In this document: one piece after another, positions 1 through 7,445 of the stretch
How the letters are laid out: the number at the start of each line of letters is the position of its first letter
How positions within the stretch are numbered: the stretch's first letter is position 1
Source of the DNA: a virus
Taxonomy: Duplodnaviria > Caudoviricetes
Direction: 5' to 3' (one strand)
DNA: 26,756 nt
Virus record (IMG/VR): IMGVR_UViG_3300009164_000304
Span: 1 to 26,756 of that record
Program-made: the position numbers and the translations under genes
Notes under the pieces: model-generated
What the model saw: only the letters and a program-made list of their open reading frames with translations
Told to the model about the DNA's origin: nothing
Databases searched by the model: none

Positions 1-1
1 A

Positions 2-112
2 AAGCAGGTAATCGATCAGTCGGTTAAGGGTGGTGTTTTTGTTAACGCTGAGAGCGTTGTGATTGCACTACAGGCGCTTGACAAGATCGCAAATGCTATT
101 ATCAACAAGTAA
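2..112 (+). CDS. 3' end of an upstream phage gene (partial, hypothetical)
   Basis: Frame starting at nt 2 is open from the window edge (KQVIDQSVKGGVFVNAESVVIALQALDKIANAIINK*) to TAA at 110-112, 12 nt before the next ATG. Not in the ORF track. Confidence 0.7.
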   Translation, partial: KQVIDQSVKGGVFVNAESVVIALQALDKIANAIINK

Positions 113-124
113 CAATTTAAAACA

Positions 125-322
125 ATGCTAGTGTTAGACGACGTAAAGGTATTCATGGCAAATGTGGTTTGCTACATAACCATAAATATCCCGGTATTAA
201 ACTCCGACCTTCAAACACTAGTGTTGTTGTCTACAATCGTGTACACAATCGTTCGCACAGTTAATGAGATAAAAAGATTTACAAAAAAAAGGCACCAAGA
301 TGCAACTGACAAAAAACTTTAA
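125..322 (+). CDS. Small membrane protein, putative holin/lysis accessory
   Basis: 65 aa with hydrophobic segments (VFMANVVCYITINI; LVLLSTIVYTIV) and a basic C-terminal tail. Overlaps the endolysin start. Confidence 0.55.
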   Translation: MLVLDDVKVFMANVVCYITINIPVLNSDLQTLVLLSTIVYTIVRTVNEIKRFTKKRHQDATDKKL

Positions 323-746
323 TTTAACTGAACTAACTTTCAGTCCTACAGCCATCACCAAGGGAATCGATCAGACTCCATCAGACGAGGTAATAAAAAA
401 CTTACTAGCACTTTCAATAAATGTACTGCAACCACTACGTGATTTTATGGCAGAGTCCATTAAGATATCTAGTGGTTACAGAAGTTTTGAATTAAACAAG
501 AGCATAGGAGGGGCAAACTCAAGTCAACATTGTCATGGGGAGGCTGCAGACTTAATATGCTCAGATAGGAACCACGAGATGTTTAAGTTTATACGTAAGA
601 GTCTAGTGTTCGACCAACTAATATGGGAGTTTGGAGACGATAACAACCCTAATTGGGTTCACGTGTCCTTCTCAAGGACTCATAACAGGAAGCAGTGCTT
701 GAAGGCAACTAAACATAACGGAAGTACTAAATATACGGCAATATGA
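300..746 (+). CDS. Endolysin, peptidase M15 family (Zn D-Ala-D-Ala peptidase-like)
   Basis: M15A motifs ISSGYRS, SQHxxGEAAD and WVHVS (Zn ligands H, D, H). N-terminal LTKNFNLTEL is typical. Flanked by membrane proteins. Confidence 0.9.
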   Translation: MQLTKNFNLTELTFSPTAITKGIDQTPSDEVIKNLLALSINVLQPLRDFMAESIKISSGYRSFELNKSIGGANSSQHCHGEAADLICSDRNHEMFKFIRKSLVFDQLIWEFGDDNNPNWVHVSFSRTHNRKQCLKATKHNGSTKYTAI

Positions 747-1210
747 GCGATAGAAAAAAATTTAAAGATACCAAGATAGGTAAGTTTTTATCTGACAAGG
801 CACCAAAAATATTAAGTTCTGTTGGAGATATTCTTCCAAACACGGGTGTATTTGGTATAGTAAAAAACTTAATCTCTTCATCTGATGAGTTGTCTGTTGA
901 AGACAAGGCCGCAGCTATGGAGCAATTAAAGCAGGACATACAGATATTTGAATTGGAGATCAAGGACAGAGAGTCTGCCCGTAACCGTGAGGTTGAGATG
1001 GCAAAGACGGGTAAGCACGACTTCATGTTCACGTTGACGGGACTTATTGGTCTAGGAGTATTCTGCTTTATAGTGTACGCAATTGTGTTCCTACAGATAC
1101 CCGACAGCAACAAAGAAATATGGATTCACCTGATAGGTATATGTGAGGGTGTAGTGCTTTCAATCTTTGGATATTACTTTGGAAGCGCAGTAAAGAAAAA
1201 TATTCAGTAA
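743..1210 (+). CDS. Putative holin (C-terminal TM helices; resembles 3TM/GTA-type holins)
   Basis: ATGA overlap with the endolysin. EIKDRESARNRE coiled segment, two TM helices, and a C-terminal IFGYYFGS motif. Confidence 0.65.
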   Translation: MSDRKKFKDTKIGKFLSDKAPKILSSVGDILPNTGVFGIVKNLISSSDELSVEDKAAAMEQLKQDIQIFELEIKDRESARNREVEMAKTGKHDFMFTLTGLIGLGVFCFIVYAIVFLQIPDSNKEIWIHLIGICEGVVLSIFGYYFGSAVKKNIQ

Positions 1211-1219
1211 AAAAAGAGT

Positions 1220-1227
1220 TATATTTG
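1220..1227 (+). promoter_or_regulatory. Bacteroidota-type -7 promoter element (TATATTTG)
   Basis: Matches TAnnTTTG in the intergenic gap, 27 nt before the ATG at 1255. Confidence 0.6.
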
Positions 1228-1254
1228 TCTAATTAAAAATTAAATCTAAATAAA

Positions 1255-1494
1255 ATGCAAGAAAAATTAGAAGTAACACAGGAGGAACTTAGCAAAATTC
1301 AGGAAATGAATGCGGAGTTTAGCAAGGCAAAGGCCGCAATTGGTGACGTTGAACTGCAGAAGCATAACATTATCAAGCACATTGATGCATTAAAGGTTGA
1401 GTTCAATGAATACGAACAAATTTTAATTTCAAAATATGGCGCTGATTCTGTTATAAATATTCAGACAGGAGAGGTTACTAAAAAACAAAGTTAA
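1255..1494 (+). CDS. Small coiled-coil hypothetical protein
   Basis: 79 aa, heptad-rich, ending in YGxxxINIxTGE. AT-rich leader. Confidence 0.75.
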   Translation: MQEKLEVTQEELSKIQEMNAEFSKAKAAIGDVELQKHNIIKHIDALKVEFNEYEQILISKYGADSVINIQTGEVTKKQS

Positions 1495-1496
1495 TT

Positions 1497-1838
1497 ATGA
1501 CACCGGGAAAATTTATCGGAACACTGTTCCAATCAAGAGATACGATGCACATCGCTCACTTGCAGACAACTAGTTTTGCTGAGCACAAGGCATTGAATGG
1601 ATACTATGACGGCATCCTTGACCTAACCGACACGTTTACCGAGGCGTACTTTGGTAGATTTAAGAGGGTTGAGATCGTTATTCCTGAGTCAAAAATTATG
1701 GACGCAACTGCTCATTTAAAGGAGTTACAGTCAACGGTTGATACTGAAAGAAATAACTACCCGTCAGAAATTCAAAATATCATGGACGAAATTCTTGGCT
1801 TGATAGACAAGACACTATACCTATTAACGTTAAACTAA
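1497..1838 (+). CDS. Ferritin/Dps-like four-helix protein (DUF5856-like)
   Basis: HIAHLQT..FAEHKALNGYYDGILDLTDTFTEAY matches the Dps-like H..H..D...E ligand spacing. C-terminal IQNIMDEI...KTLYLLTL. Confidence 0.7.
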   Translation: MTPGKFIGTLFQSRDTMHIAHLQTTSFAEHKALNGYYDGILDLTDTFTEAYFGRFKRVEIVIPESKIMDATAHLKELQSTVDTERNNYPSEIQNIMDEILGLIDKTLYLLTLN

Positions 1839-1844
1839 TTAAAG

Positions 1845-3653
1845 ATGTCTAAGATAAGCACGTATCCATTCGCAACACCACCAACCTTGTCAGACTATGT
1901 TATTGGGACAACTCCCGGTAACTCAAATGCTACAAAGAATTTTAGGATATCAGACATCCTAACGTTAGGCGGTGCGAATTTATACGTGCCTTATACGGGC
2001 GCTACAGGAAGTGTAACACTAGGGGCATATAATATATCAGCCAATCAGTTAATAAAGATAGGTGGAACATCTTCCGAATTTTTAAAAGCAAACGGTTCTG
2101 TAGACTCTAACACATACGTTACGTCTGCAGTAGCTTTAGGATTTGTGCCATATACGGGTGCAACAGGAAACGTTACCCTAGGCACCCATAGTATCACGTC
2201 AGACTCTTTTATTAAACAGGGTGGAGTATCTAGTCAGTTCTTAAAAGCAGACGGTTCTATTGACTCAACAACCTACTTGTCGTCAGCAGTTTTAGCAGGT
2301 TACGTTCCTTACACGGGAGCAACCACAAGTGTTACACTAGGAAGTTATAACATATCAGCTACTCAGATAATTAAGATAGGTGGAACGTCTTCTCAATTCT
2401 TGAAGGCAGATGGTTCTATTGATTCTAGCACGTACCTAACATCGGCAGCATTGTCTGCATACGTTCCTTATACAGGAGCGACGGGAAGCATAACACTAGG
2501 AGCCAATAACATTACTGCCAATCAGTTTATTAAAGCAGGAGGAACATCCTCTCAATTTTTAAAGGCAGACGGTAGTTCAGATTCAAGTTCATATGTTCCA
2601 TACACGGGCGCTACAGGCAATGTAACGCTAGGTGCTAACAGCATCACAGCAAGTTCAATCATCAAAAGTGGAGGGACATCTAGTCAATTCTTAAAGGCAG
2701 ACGGTTCGATTGATTCTAGTACGTACCTAACATCTGCGTCTATATCGGGACTAGTTCCATATACGGGGGCAGTAAACGACGTGACACTAGGACTTTATGC
2801 ACTGACCGCTAATAATGTATCTGCAGTAAGTAGTTTAAATACAAACGGGCCATTAAAGATGCTTGGAGTTCCGGGAACTATTGGTCAAATTTTAGTATCT
2901 CAGGGCGCAAGTGGTGCTCCACTTTGGTCAGATCATACTGTATACGTCCCTTATCTAGGTGCTACAGGAGATGTAAATATAGGAGTGCACTCATTTGTTT
3001 CGAATGATGTTACGGGAACCAACGGATTAAATACAAGTGGGCCTATAAAATTAACAGGAAGTGCGGGAACAGCAGGACAACTATTGATGTCAAACGGAGC
3101 CGGAGTTGCTCCAACTTGGAGTAGCACGGTTGTAAATGCTAACTATGGTCTATTTGCTCAAACATCAGACTCAACACCTGTAACTGCTACAACAGTTGAA
3201 ACAACAATTTTAGGAGCAGGCGTAGGCACATTAACTGTTCCTGCAAACGGATTTTCTATTGGAGGTTCATTTCAAGCATCTTTAGATGGTATAATTACTT
3301 GTTTAAGTTCAGCAACATTACATATTCGTGTTAAAACATTAACAGGGGTCATCCTTGCTGATACAGGTATAATTGCTATGGAAGCTGCAACTTCAAAATC
3401 ATGGTTAATAAATTTATATTTTACAATAAGGAACATTGGTGGAACAACAGTAGCATCAATTTCATCAGGTGGATTATTTTCTTACATTAAAAATTCAGGA
3501 ATAAACTTTGAAGGATATGTATTAAGTACAGTAAATAACACAACATTTGACACAACAATAAACAATACACTTGTAATCACTGCACAATGGAATAGTACAA
3601 ATGCAGGAAATTCAATATTTACAAGAAACTTTACTCTAGCTAAAATATATTAA
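1845..3653 (+). CDS. Fibre-like virion protein (tail or head fibre) with tandem repeats
   Basis: 602 aa, rich in G/T/S/A. N-terminal anchor (KISTYP...TKNFRISD), seven VPY[T/L]GA-initiated repeats, beta-rich C-terminal domain. Confidence 0.75.
   Translation: MSKISTYPFATPPTLSDYVIGTTPGNSNATKNFRISDILTLGGANLYVPYTGATGSVTLGAYNISANQLIKIGGTSSEFLKANGSVDSNTYVTSAVALGFVPYTGATGNVTLGTHSITSDSFIKQGGVSSQFLKADGSIDSTTYLSSAVLAGYVPYTGATTSVTLGSYNISATQIIKIGGTSSQFLKADGSIDSSTYLTSAALSAYVPYTGATGSITLGANNITANQFIKAGGTSSQFLKADGSSDSSSYVPYTGATGNVTLGANSITASSIIKSGGTSSQFLKADGSIDSSTYLTSASISGLVPYTGAVNDVTLGLYALTANNVSAVSSLNTNGPLKMLGVPGTIGQILVSQGASGAPLWSDHTVYVPYLGATGDVNIGVHSFVSNDVTGTNGLNTSGPIKLTGSAGTAGQLLMSNGAGVAPTWSSTVVNANYGLFAQTSDSTPVTATTVETTILGAGVGTLTVPANGFSIGGSFQASLDGIITCLSSATLHIRVKTLTGVILADTGIIAMEAATSKSWLINLYFTIRNIGGTTVASISSGGLFSYIKNSGINFEGYVLSTVNNTTFDTTINNTLVITAQWNSTNAGNSIFTRNFTLAKIY
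1983..3126 (+). repeat. Intragenic tandem repeat: five type-A units (53,53,53,44,53 aa) and two type-B units (about 60-64 aa)
   Basis: Units start at 1983, 2142, 2301, 2460, 2592, 2751 and 2943. Type A: VPYTGATGxVTLG..IKxGGTSSQFLKADGSIDS. Type B: VPYxGA..LNTxGPxK..GTxGQxLxSxGAxxAPxWS. Confidence 0.9.
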
Positions 3654-3680
3654 TAATTATTAAAATCAAATTTATTTAAC

Positions 3681-3908
3681 ATGGATATCCGTAAAATATC
3701 GGTAGGGCCTGACTATAAGAACGGAGCCATGCACTATATAGTCGGACAACTTATTCTAGGAGAGACTCATGAGATTCACCTAATTAAGTGCGACCCGCAT
3801 ACACAGTCTTACTTAATATACATCATCAATAGAAAATCAGAGGTGGTGCTTTGGAAGGAGTTCACCTCAACAATTCCAATCTCAGTCGAATTTAATATAG
3901 ATTACTAA
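3681..3908 (+). CDS. Conserved hypothetical phage protein
   Basis: 75 aa, MDIRKISVGPDYKNGAMHYIVGQ. TAATG-coupled to the GroES-like gene. Confidence 0.8.
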   Translation: MDIRKISVGPDYKNGAMHYIVGQLILGETHEIHLIKCDPHTQSYLIYIINRKSEVVLWKEFTSTIPISVEFNIDY

Positions 3909-4471
3909 TGAAATCTCCATTCTACTTTATAGTCAAGCCAATGAATGGGAAACGATACGACAACACAAAACAGGTAGGAGGAATCGACCTGATAGTCAGC
4001 ACGTCAGAGGAAGACCACAAGTTCTCCAATAGGTACGCTGAGGTTGTAGAGTTACCATTGGGTTACACGGGGCCGATAAGCATCGGAGACACGCTACTAG
4101 TGCACCATAACGTGTTCAAGTTCTACAACGACATGCGGGGTAGGCAGAAGAGCGGAAAAAGTTTCTTTAGGGACGACCTATTCCTGATAGAACCCGACCA
4201 ATTCTTTTTATATAAAAAAGGTTCCACATGGAACACGTACGATAGGTACTGCTTCGTTAAGCCGATGCCTACAACCGAGTCGTACGTATACAAACCATTT
4301 TCTTACGAGCCACTTATGGGTATCGTCAAATATTCAAACCAATATCTGATCGATAACCACATTTTTCCAAACGATAAGGTGTGCTTCACGCCCGACAACG
4401 AGTACGAGTTTATAGTTGACGGAGAAAAATTATATCGAATTTCTGATAATCAAATAACAATCAAATTATGA
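3908..4471 (+). CDS. GroES/Cpn10-like co-chaperonin with two tandem domains
   Basis: Two GroES-like halves: FIVKP..GGIDLIV..AEVVELP..ISIGDTLLV and CFVKP..GIVKY..NDKVCF..EYEFIVDGEKLYRISDNQI (compare GroES EVKIDGEEYLILRESDI). Confidence 0.65.
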   Translation: MKSPFYFIVKPMNGKRYDNTKQVGGIDLIVSTSEEDHKFSNRYAEVVELPLGYTGPISIGDTLLVHHNVFKFYNDMRGRQKSGKSFFRDDLFLIEPDQFFLYKKGSTWNTYDRYCFVKPMPTTESYVYKPFSYEPLMGIVKYSNQYLIDNHIFPNDKVCFTPDNEYEFIVDGEKLYRISDNQITIKL

Positions 4472-4950
4472 ACCTGATAACATTCGACGACGTAATACTA
4501 GACCCGAAGGCGTACGTAAAAAATATATTTGAGTACGGCTTTCAAGACATAGCAGACGGAGAGAAGGTGTTTAAGAACATTCAACCTAGGGACACAAACG
4601 ACGAGTTTGCAAAGTGCATGAAGTATCTATTCCCGGCTTACAGGGTTGACTTTAATTTCGTAAGGCAGTCTCCATTAAATCAATTGGAGCCAAACTTCAT
4701 CCACAAGGACGACATGATGGGAGACCTAACAGCGTTGTTGTACTTGAACGAGGAGTATACACACGGTGACGGCACTACCTTGTACGACAAGGATAATAAG
4801 GAGGTGTGCAAGATGACGGCTAAGTTCAATAGGATGATTGCATTCGACGCATCTATCGCACATTCAAGGAACATATTCGATAACTTTGGCGAAGGTGACA
4901 GTTCTAGACTAATACAGGTCGCATTCTTAAAATTCTGCAATGGACAATAG
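4468..4950 (+). CDS. 2OG-Fe(II) dioxygenase superfamily protein
   Basis: HxD (IHKD), LLYLN...GDGTTLY, KFNRMIAFD, distal H (AHSR) and RLIQVAF (2OG-binding Arg). Confidence 0.85.
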   Translation: MNLITFDDVILDPKAYVKNIFEYGFQDIADGEKVFKNIQPRDTNDEFAKCMKYLFPAYRVDFNFVRQSPLNQLEPNFIHKDDMMGDLTALLYLNEEYTHGDGTTLYDKDNKEVCKMTAKFNRMIAFDASIAHSRNIFDNFGEGDSSRLIQVAFLKFCNGQ

Positions 4951-5221
4951 GAAGGTTAAACTTAAGATAATAGAGGCGGGGTACATTGCGGTAGATGAAC
5001 TGATTTCAATAGCAAAGGAGACTATAATAAAGAACGGACTTGATGGGGACATATCTGCAGACAAATTAAAAAATGCAGCCGCTACAAAGAAGTTGGCTAT
5101 ATTTGATGCGTTTGAGATTCTTACTAGAATAGAAGCTGAAAAGGATGCGCTTGACGCTATTGTCAACGGCGTAAGTAAAACAGACACAAAACAAGGATTT
5201 GCAGAAAGAAGGTCAAAATAG
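4940..5221 (+). CDS. terS: Putative terminase small subunit
   Basis: 93 aa helical protein directly upstream of and overlapping TerL; ADKLKNAAATKKLAIFDAFEIL motif. Assigned by synteny. Confidence 0.55.
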   Translation: MDNRKVKLKIIEAGYIAVDELISIAKETIIKNGLDGDISADKLKNAAATKKLAIFDAFEILTRIEAEKDALDAIVNGVSKTDTKQGFAERRSK

Positions 5222-7445
5222 CATATACACAATCGTCAAGGATTACATACAGCCACAGGCAGTCTCAAAGAAAAACGGGAACAGGTCATGGCTATATGGC
5301 TACGACGAGCAGTACGACGTTATTGTAATCTCAAAGACCGGGCAGATCGGTGAAATCTATAACATATCAGGCATACACATAGCGTTGCCACCCGCACCAA
5401 AGGACTGTCTTCAAAGACACAACTCAAGTTTTGAGCAATATTGGGAGAGGGAGGACTTTCCAAAGGAACTATCCAAGATATCCTCGATATTTCAATGGAA
5501 CGAGATGTCTTCTGAGTTCAAGAACAGGTGGGTTGGGTACATTGAGGAACAGTTTGACTACAGAGAGCAAGGTTTTTGGTTTAAAAATAATGGTAAGAAG
5601 ACTTACGTTACGGGTTCTCATTGGATGTACCTACAGTGGTCAAGTATTGACGTGGGTTATCCCGACTTTCGTGAGGCAAATAGGATATATTGGATTTTTT
5701 GGGAGGCTTGCAGGTCTGACTTTAGGTCGTTTGGATTAATATACCTAAAGATAAGGCGTTCAGGGTTCTCTTTCATGTCGTCATCTGAGTGTATAAACAT
5801 AGGGACGTTGGCCCGTGATGCTCGTGTTGGTATACTATCAAAGACGGGTGCGGATGCTAAGAAGATGTTTACCGACAAGGTGGTGAATATTAACAACAGG
5901 CTTCCGTTCTTCTTTAAGCCGATAATGGACGGGATGGATAAACCTAAAACAGAGTTATCTTTCAGGATACCTGCGTCCAAGATCACTAAAAAGAACATGT
6001 ATATAACCGAGGAGGAGGAGATAGAGGGGTTAGATACCACTATAGATTGGAAGAATACAGAGGAGAACTCGTACGATGGTGAGAAGTTACTATTTTTAGC
6101 GCACGATGAGAGCGGTAAATGGACTAAACCTAATAATATTCTGAACAATTGGAGGATTACCAAGACCTGTCTTAGGTTGGGTAGCAAGATAATTGGAAAG
6201 TGTATGATGGGTTCAACCTCAAACGCACTCAGCAAGGGTGGAGACAACTTTAAGAGCCTTTACGGTGACTCTAAGGCCACCACTAGGAACGCAAATGGCC
6301 AAACTAAAAGTGGACTATACTCCTTATTCATTCCGATGGAGTGGAACATGGAGGGATTCATTGATATATACGGATGGCCCGTGCTTAGGAAGCCAAAGGA
6401 GCCTGTTCGTGGGGTAGACGGGAACATGATTAAGAACGGTGCCATAGACTATTGGGAGGCCGAGGTTGAGTCTCTTAAGAATGATGCCGACGCATTGAAT
6501 GAGTACTACAGACAGTTCCCTAGGACAGAGTCTCATGCGTTCCGTGATGAAAGCAAGGAGGCATTATTTAACCTTACTAAAATTTACCAACAGATAGACT
6601 ACAACGACGGTATGATTACGGCACACTACCTAACCCGTGGGTCTTTTAGTTGGAAGGATGGTATAAAGGACACTCAGGTTATATTCTCTCCCGACTCCCG
6701 TGGTAGGTTCCTAGTAAGTTGGACTCCACCAAAGCATTTGCAAAATAATGTACACACAAGGAACGGTGTAAGGTATCCGGGAAATGAGCACATTGGCTCA
6801 TTTGGTTGTGACTCCTATGATATATCTGCCGTAGTTAGCGGGCGTGGGTCTAACGGCTCCCTGCACGGACTAACTAAGTTCCACATGGACGAGGCTCCTG
6901 TAAACGAGTTCTTCTTGGAGTACATCGCTAGACCACAGACTGCAGAGATTTTCTTTGAAGAGATTTTAATGGCCTGTGTATTTTACGGTATGCCGATACT
7001 TATAGAGAACAACAAGCCAAGGCTACTGTATCACTTCAAGAATAGAGGATACAGGGGATTCTCTTTGAACAGGCCGGACAAGCACTACTCAAAGTTGTCA
7101 AAAACTGAGAGAGAACTAGGCGGGGTACCAAACTCATCTGAGGATATAAAACAAGCGCATGCGTCTGCGATAGAGTCGCATATTGAGAAGTACGTAGGAA
7201 TTGATTTTGAGGGAAAGTATAGGGATAGTGACGAGATGGGAACAATGCCGTTCACAAGGACACTAGAGGATTGGGCAAAGTTTGACATAAATGATAGGAC
7301 AAAGTTTGATGCCTCTATTAGTTCAGGCTTGGCTATCATGGCTAATCAAAAACATCTGTACGTTCCCGAGAAAAAAGAATCAAAAATTAGCATTAACTTC
7401 GCAAGGTATAGAAACGATGGTACATCAAGTCAAATAATTTCATGA
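5199..7445 (+). CDS. terL: Terminase large subunit (start codon uncertain, TTG)
   Basis: Walker A-like LKIRRSGFS, Walker B FLAHDESGKW, motif C GSTSN, nuclease GCDSYD and late acidic FDASI. Directly precedes the portal. Confidence 0.9.
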   Translation: MQKEGQNSIYTIVKDYIQPQAVSKKNGNRSWLYGYDEQYDVIVISKTGQIGEIYNISGIHIALPPAPKDCLQRHNSSFEQYWEREDFPKELSKISSIFQWNEMSSEFKNRWVGYIEEQFDYREQGFWFKNNGKKTYVTGSHWMYLQWSSIDVGYPDFREANRIYWIFWEACRSDFRSFGLIYLKIRRSGFSFMSSSECINIGTLARDARVGILSKTGADAKKMFTDKVVNINNRLPFFFKPIMDGMDKPKTELSFRIPASKITKKNMYITEEEEIEGLDTTIDWKNTEENSYDGEKLLFLAHDESGKWTKPNNILNNWRITKTCLRLGSKIIGKCMMGSTSNALSKGGDNFKSLYGDSKATTRNANGQTKSGLYSLFIPMEWNMEGFIDIYGWPVLRKPKEPVRGVDGNMIKNGAIDYWEAEVESLKNDADALNEYYRQFPRTESHAFRDESKEALFNLTKIYQQIDYNDGMITAHYLTRGSFSWKDGIKDTQVIFSPDSRGRFLVSWTPPKHLQNNVHTRNGVRYPGNEHIGSFGCDSYDISAVVSGRGSNGSLHGLTKFHMDEAPVNEFFLEYIARPQTAEIFFEEILMACVFYGMPILIENNKPRLLYHFKNRGYRGFSLNRPDKHYSKLSKTERELGGVPNSSEDIKQAHASAIESHIEKYVGIDFEGKYRDSDEMGTMPFTRTLEDWAKFDINDRTKFDASISSGLAIMANQKHLYVPEKKESKISINFARYRNDGTSSQIIS

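Noticed and set aside
283-300. A8 run that would fuse the small membrane protein to the endolysin if one A were lost
   Set aside because: The run is below the usual slippage length, Lys codons explain it, and the endolysin has its own ATG. No further support.
1983-3126. Fibre repeats as DGR template/variable repeats or a CRISPR array
   Set aside because: They are in-frame protein repeats with mostly synonymous, not adenine-specific, differences. No spacers, reverse transcriptase or cas genes are present in the window.
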